A DNA stretch of 64,000 nucleotides, taken from assembly GCA_963820625.1 (NCBI GenBank), contig CAWGAV010000010.1, positions 83,915-147,914 of the forward strand. Direction: 5' to 3'. How positions within the stretch are numbered: position 1 is the first letter of the stretch; each line of letters opens with the position of its first letter. The translations under genes and the position numbers were made by a program. Below the pieces are notes generated by a model. The model worked only from the letters and a program-made list of their open reading frames with translations, was not told the DNA's origin and ran no database searches. The stretch comes from an uncultured delta proteobacterium. GTDB taxonomy: Bacteria; Desulfobacterota; BSN033; UBA1163. This document shows, one piece after another, positions 60,539-64,000 of the stretch.

Positions 60539-61012
60539 TTATGTCCAATTTTTGTCATAATTCACCATTGATTCGGTTTGATCGACATCCTTACCACAGG
60601 CCCCACAAATCCCGTAAAAATTAAATTGATGATCAACGACCTTATATCCCGTAGATTCCCTCACCTCTTTCATCCAACCAGCAATATTGCAAAAACTCAC
60701 TTCGGCCACATTCCCACATTTCTTACACGCGATATGGTGATGGTGCCTTTCTATCTTACAAAGTTGATATTTCGTCTCGGGACCGTTGTTGATTTTAAAA
60801 ACAAGGGATAGCGATTCAAAGAGTTTGAGACTTAGGCAAACAGAATTCAAAGAAATCTTCTTCAATCCTCGCCTTCTCAAAAGCTTCCCGTATAACCCTT
60901 TGGGGGTAACCGGGCCATGGGCATCAGTAAGTTCTCTATAGATCCAAAGCCTAGCCTGAGTTATGCCGTGTCCCTTCTTCTTAAGGGTTTCCCTAAAATA
61001 TCTTGCATCCAT
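60539..61012 (-). CDS. Fur-family transcriptional regulator (element-borne)
   Basis: ITQAR, HHHIACKKCG, HQFNFYGICGAC. Confidence 0.82.
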   Translation of the reverse strand: MDARYFRETLKKKGHGITQARLWIYRELTDAHGPVTPKGLYGKLLRRRGLKKISLNSVCLSLKLFESLSLVFKINNGPETKYQLCKIERHHHHIACKKCGNVAEVSFCNIAGWMKEVRESTGYKVVDHQFNFYGICGACGKDVDQTESMVNYDKNWT

Positions 61013-61175
61013 AAAGGCTCCCGCACTGTGCCAATTTTGTGACAGAATCAATCTAAAAGATCGTAATAGATAGAGTAGACCAGAATAGATCAAAAACCCT
61101 CTAACCCTTTATTTTCAAGCCTTACCGGGAGAACCAAGCCAGAATCAAGGGGTTAGAAAAAATGCCTGTTTTCGA

Positions 61176-61196
61176 ATGTCGATGGAGGCAACCCTC
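61176..61196. repeat. att core, integrase-distal copy
   Basis: Identical to 42656-42676; IHF-consensus AATCAAGGGGTTA at 61143-61155. Confidence 0.93.
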
Positions 61197-62219
61197 TTAA
61201 ACGAAGTAAGGTCGGATTTCACGACAGAGTTCCTCAGGAATGATGTTCGCCGTCAATTCAGACTGAAGGACCTCGAAGGAGGTCCAATCATTGAGGTAAT
61301 AAGGTTGGAGAGGGGTTCTGGAGATGATTCGTATGAGAAGTTGGTAATGGGCCTCACCGGAAATGGAGTAGATTGAAAAGTTGAAGCTATTCAGATTTTT
61401 CTCATAATAGTATTTTAATGTTGAGACGATCCCCTTGGCCAGAGAGGCAATCTCTTCTTTGCCGAGCGTGGTGATTGCCCCATGTCCCTCCACACTTCCA
61501 CAAACTTCATTAAATCCTATGGGGGCAAAGGAGACGAACCAGTGGACATTTCCGATATGATTGATATATCGTTTTCCAAGCCCCTTTTCAATTTGGATGA
61601 GATCCTTCCAGTATAGAGTTCCATTCCTTTGGTAATAGGAAAAACTGGCGTCTAATAGCCATTCCATCTCATTCGTCGGAACGGGATCGCCAATGACCTG
61701 AAGATGGGGATGGAGGATGGTGCTTCCTCCCGGGAGAAGGAAATTTTGGCTGATTTGCCAATAGCGGGTATCCGGGTCAAAAGCCATTGTCCTTCGAATG
61801 ATCTCGATAGCCACCGAAAAGCCCTCTTCGTAAATCTCAGGGATGAATTGGTCGAGATTGAGAAAATGTTCATGACAAAGAACGACGACACTGCCATAAG
61901 ATCCCACTGGATTGAGGTTCGGAAAACCGACTGCCCTTCCAATGGAAATCCTTCCTTCCGGGACGATTTCTTTTAAAAACTGGGGAGTCTTTTGAAGGGC
62001 ATTCTCTGGACAGAAGAAGCATCCCTTTGACTCCTCGGCCATCCTGGAAAAATCGAATTTCCCTGGGGTAGGGAGGCCCCAGGTGATGATGCGGCTCCGC
62101 CGTTTTGTCAGAGGATCGATCCGGACCTCGGTTGGAACCGAAATCGTTTTAAATCCCTCGAGGGGAGAACGGAGGTCCGATTGGAGATGAAACCGCTCAA
62201 ACTTTATTTCCATAAACAA
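61197..62219 (-). CDS. GalT-like nucleotidyltransferase (HIT superfamily)
   Basis: EVRIDPLT, CFFCP, FPNLNP, GSTILHPHLQ. Confidence 0.78.
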   Translation of the reverse strand: MFMEIKFERFHLQSDLRSPLEGFKTISVPTEVRIDPLTKRRSRIITWGLPTPGKFDFSRMAEESKGCFFCPENALQKTPQFLKEIVPEGRISIGRAVGFPNLNPVGSYGSVVVLCHEHFLNLDQFIPEIYEEGFSVAIEIIRRTMAFDPDTRYWQISQNFLLPGGSTILHPHLQVIGDPVPTNEMEWLLDASFSYYQRNGTLYWKDLIQIEKGLGKRYINHIGNVHWFVSFAPIGFNEVCGSVEGHGAITTLGKEEIASLAKGIVSTLKYYYEKNLNSFNFSIYSISGEAHYQLLIRIISRTPLQPYYLNDWTSFEVLQSELTANIIPEELCREIRPYFV

Positions 62220-62323
62220 AATTAGTTCCGCTTCGCTTCACAACTGGAATACTGGAATCATGGAATAGTGGAATGATGGGGTTCACTATTTCCAATATTC
62301 CAATGTTCCATCATTCCAAACTT

Positions 62324-62518
62324 TCATTTATTCTCAGCGATAAAGCGGCGGATCGAACGATCGTAAGATCGTTCACCCTCAGGCGAGAAGAAACAGCCCG
62401 GAAGCTGCTTCATCTTCCAGTGATAGGCGATGCACTCACAACATCTTCCCTTGCGTTCACAGGGTTCATAAGTACAGGTGCATCGGGCTTTGTTTTTTTC
62501 TAAATGACATTCCAACAT
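62324..62518 (-). CDS. Cys-rich small protein (DUF6485-like)
   Basis: CTCTYEPCERKGRCCECIAYH...LPGCFF...YDRS. Confidence 0.78.
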   Translation of the reverse strand: MLECHLEKNKARCTCTYEPCERKGRCCECIAYHWKMKQLPGCFFSPEGERSYDRSIRRFIAENK

Positions 62519-62610
62519 CTACGAAACTCCCTTTATTTCGCTATGCGCTAAGCGCTATGCGCAAAGCGTTCATCATTTGGGTTTTTCGGGAACGTCAGCG
62601 GCCATTCCTC

Positions 62611-63192
62611 TCACGGGTTCACTTTGAAGAAGAGGTAGTGTTCTACCATTTCACAGAGGATATGTCCAATGAGGATGTGGGCCTCTTGGATGCGGGGCGT
62701 GCTGGTGGAAGGAACGATAAGGGGAAAATCAGTCATTTTTGCAATGACACCCCCATCATTTCCGGTGAGGGCGACCGTTTTCATTCCCATCTCTTTAGCC
62801 ACTTCAAAAGCCTTGATGATGTTAGGGGAGCTCCCACTGGTGCTGATACCAATGGCTACATCCCCTCCCTTACCGAGGGCTCTGAGTTGTTTCGCAAAGA
62901 TTTCGTTAAAGGCAACGTCGTTGGAGACACTGGTAAGAATGGAGGTATCTGTCGTAAGGGCGATAGCAGGCAGGGGTGGACGGTCCATGACATATCGATT
63001 AACAAATTCAGCAGCCAGGTGTTGGGCGTCAGCAGCGCTTCCCCCATTTCCGAAGAAAAAGAGTTTGTTCCCCGCTTCGAAGGTATGAGAGACCAATTTA
63101 ATCACATCGAGAAGTTTAGGGAGGTTTTCTTTGAGAAAACGTGTTTTGACTTCGGAGCTTTCCTTAAATCGTTTCAGAATGATTTGTTCCAT
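62611..63192 (-). CDS. gmhA: Sedoheptulose-7-phosphate isomerase
   Basis: GNGGSAADAQH, ISTSG, RIQEAH. Confidence 0.95.
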   Translation of the reverse strand: MEQIILKRFKESSEVKTRFLKENLPKLLDVIKLVSHTFEAGNKLFFFGNGGSAADAQHLAAEFVNRYVMDRPPLPAIALTTDTSILTSVSNDVAFNEIFAKQLRALGKGGDVAIGISTSGSSPNIIKAFEVAKEMGMKTVALTGNDGGVIAKMTDFPLIVPSTSTPRIQEAHILIGHILCEMVEHYLFFKVNP

Positions 63193-63405
63193 TGGACAAA
63201 AATATTATACTCCCTGGTTTCCCATGTCAAGGGAACCTTTTTGAGATTTCTGAGAAAGTCAGAAATCTTTGGTTACAGTGATTAAAATTAAGATTACACC
63301 GATTAAAACCATTATAAAAATAGACAAAAATCTGTACTACTAACGTTGAATTTCTTGAAATTTTGTTAAGCATATTATCTTGTCAGTCTTCCGTCGGACT
63401 GTCCT

Positions 63406-63477
63406 TGTCATTCCTGCGAAAGCAGGAATCCAGTATTTTCATAGGCGTTCTGGACTCCCGCTTTCGCGGGAGTGACA
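63406..63477. repeat. Palindromic repeat element (GTCATTCC..GGAATCCAG family)
   Basis: TGTCATTCCTGCGAAAGCAGGAATCCAG...CTGGACTCCCGCTTTCGCGGGAGTGACA. Confidence 0.75.
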
Positions 63478-63600
63478 GATAGTGGTTATTGAGCACGTAA
63501 TAGGGTTCGCAAAATCAGCATAGGTTTATATTTGGTTGCGGCTACGCTGCGCTGTGTAATCATTTTAACAATCTGTGCAATCAAAGGTCTTTGGTATTTT

Positions 63601-64000
63601 TCAAAGACCTCCTTTTTGATAGGGTAATTTCCAGCGCCGATTGAGCCATGGCCATTGGCTGGGATATTGTCTGATGGAATCCTCGATGGCCTTTGTAAAT
63701 TTAGCGGTCAGAAGTTCTGTATCTTTCTTTTCATCAAATGTGCGTTCTATTTCGATAGGGCTCCCGATAAACAAGGTCTGTGGGACTCCTTTTTCTCTCA
63801 AGACGAACATGGGTAAAATTGGAGCGCCTGTTTTTAAAGAGAAGATAGCTGGTCCAGGAGGGGTATAAGCTGTATGGCCAAAGAAGGGGACAGGAAGTCC
63901 TCCGCGGATCTGTTGTTCATCGGCGATAAGATAAAGGATTTCATTCCGACGGAGACAGTTCAAAGATTTTTTAATGGAAGTTGTGGTCGGTTTAGGCGGA
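63601..64000 (-). CDS. LpxL-type lipid A/lysophospholipid acyltransferase, C-terminal part (runs off the window)
   Basis: LIADE, VPFFG, TGAPILP, IRQYPSQWPWLNRRWK. Confidence 0.85.
   Translation of the reverse strand, partial: PPKPTTTSIKKSLNCLRRNEILYLIADEQQIRGGLPVPFFGHTAYTPPGPAIFSLKTGAPILPMFVLREKGVPQTLFIGSPIEIERTFDEKKDTELLTAKFTKAIEDSIRQYPSQWPWLNRRWKLPYQKGGL

Larger units (their letters stand above)
42656..61196. mobile_element. ~18.5-kb integrated phage-satellite-like element inserted in the 5' end of ppx
   Basis: 21-bp perfect direct repeat at both ends; integrase at one end; xis-like, primase/helicase, TMP, resolvase and TA genes; deleting it rejoins the galT-like gene and ppx. Confidence 0.92.

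Noticed and set aside
42656-61196. Complete prophage, or ICE/conjugative element
   Set aside because: No recognisable head, packaging, lysis, relaxase or T4SS genes.
62557-63285. 242-aa plus-strand ORF and similar long shadow ORFs (e.g. 31216-32058, 47549-48322, 9392-9943)
   Set aside because: Antisense to well-supported genes (gmhA, ftsH, TMP, pfkA) and lacking motifs.
1-64000. CRISPR array, tRNA or rRNA genes
   Set aside because: No regularly spaced repeat-spacer units and no cloverleaf or rRNA-like sequence seen by eye; the att site lies in a protein-coding gene.

Overview
Chromosomal segment of an anaerobic bacterium, probably Desulfobacterota/deltaproteobacterial judging by gene content. 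Positions 1-42.7 kb and 61.2-64 kb are host genes: a split CbcL-like multiheme c + cytochrome b pair, housekeeping genes (ftsH-folP-glmM-pdxJ-acpS-nnr...tsaE-lysC-cimA-comEA, pfkA, gmhA, ppx), and an apparent NO/nitrosative-stress regulon. That regulon comprises norCB, an octaheme HAO-like cytochrome, a YgbA/DUF1858/cupin cluster, a Crp/Fnr regulator and three matching TTGAY-N4-GTCAA boxes. An ~18.5 kb element (42656-61196) is bounded by a perfect 21-bp direct repeat and sits in the 5' end of ppx. It has a phage-satellite-like core (tyrosine integrase, excisionase-type HTH, primase-polymerase/helicase with 10-bp-periodic iterons inside the gene, SpoVG-like gene) plus a serine resolvase, a Panacea-type toxin-antitoxin pair and a Fur-like gene. 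Its only recognisable virion gene is an intact ~1816-aa tail tape-measure protein; I see no capsid, portal, terminase, tube or lysis gene. This 'tape-measure-only' satellite-like island is the best candidate for an undescribed system. Host intergenic spaces carry many 7/8-mer tandem-inverted repeats and several REP-like families, some fused in-frame into genes. All calls come from reading motifs by eye; no searches were run.
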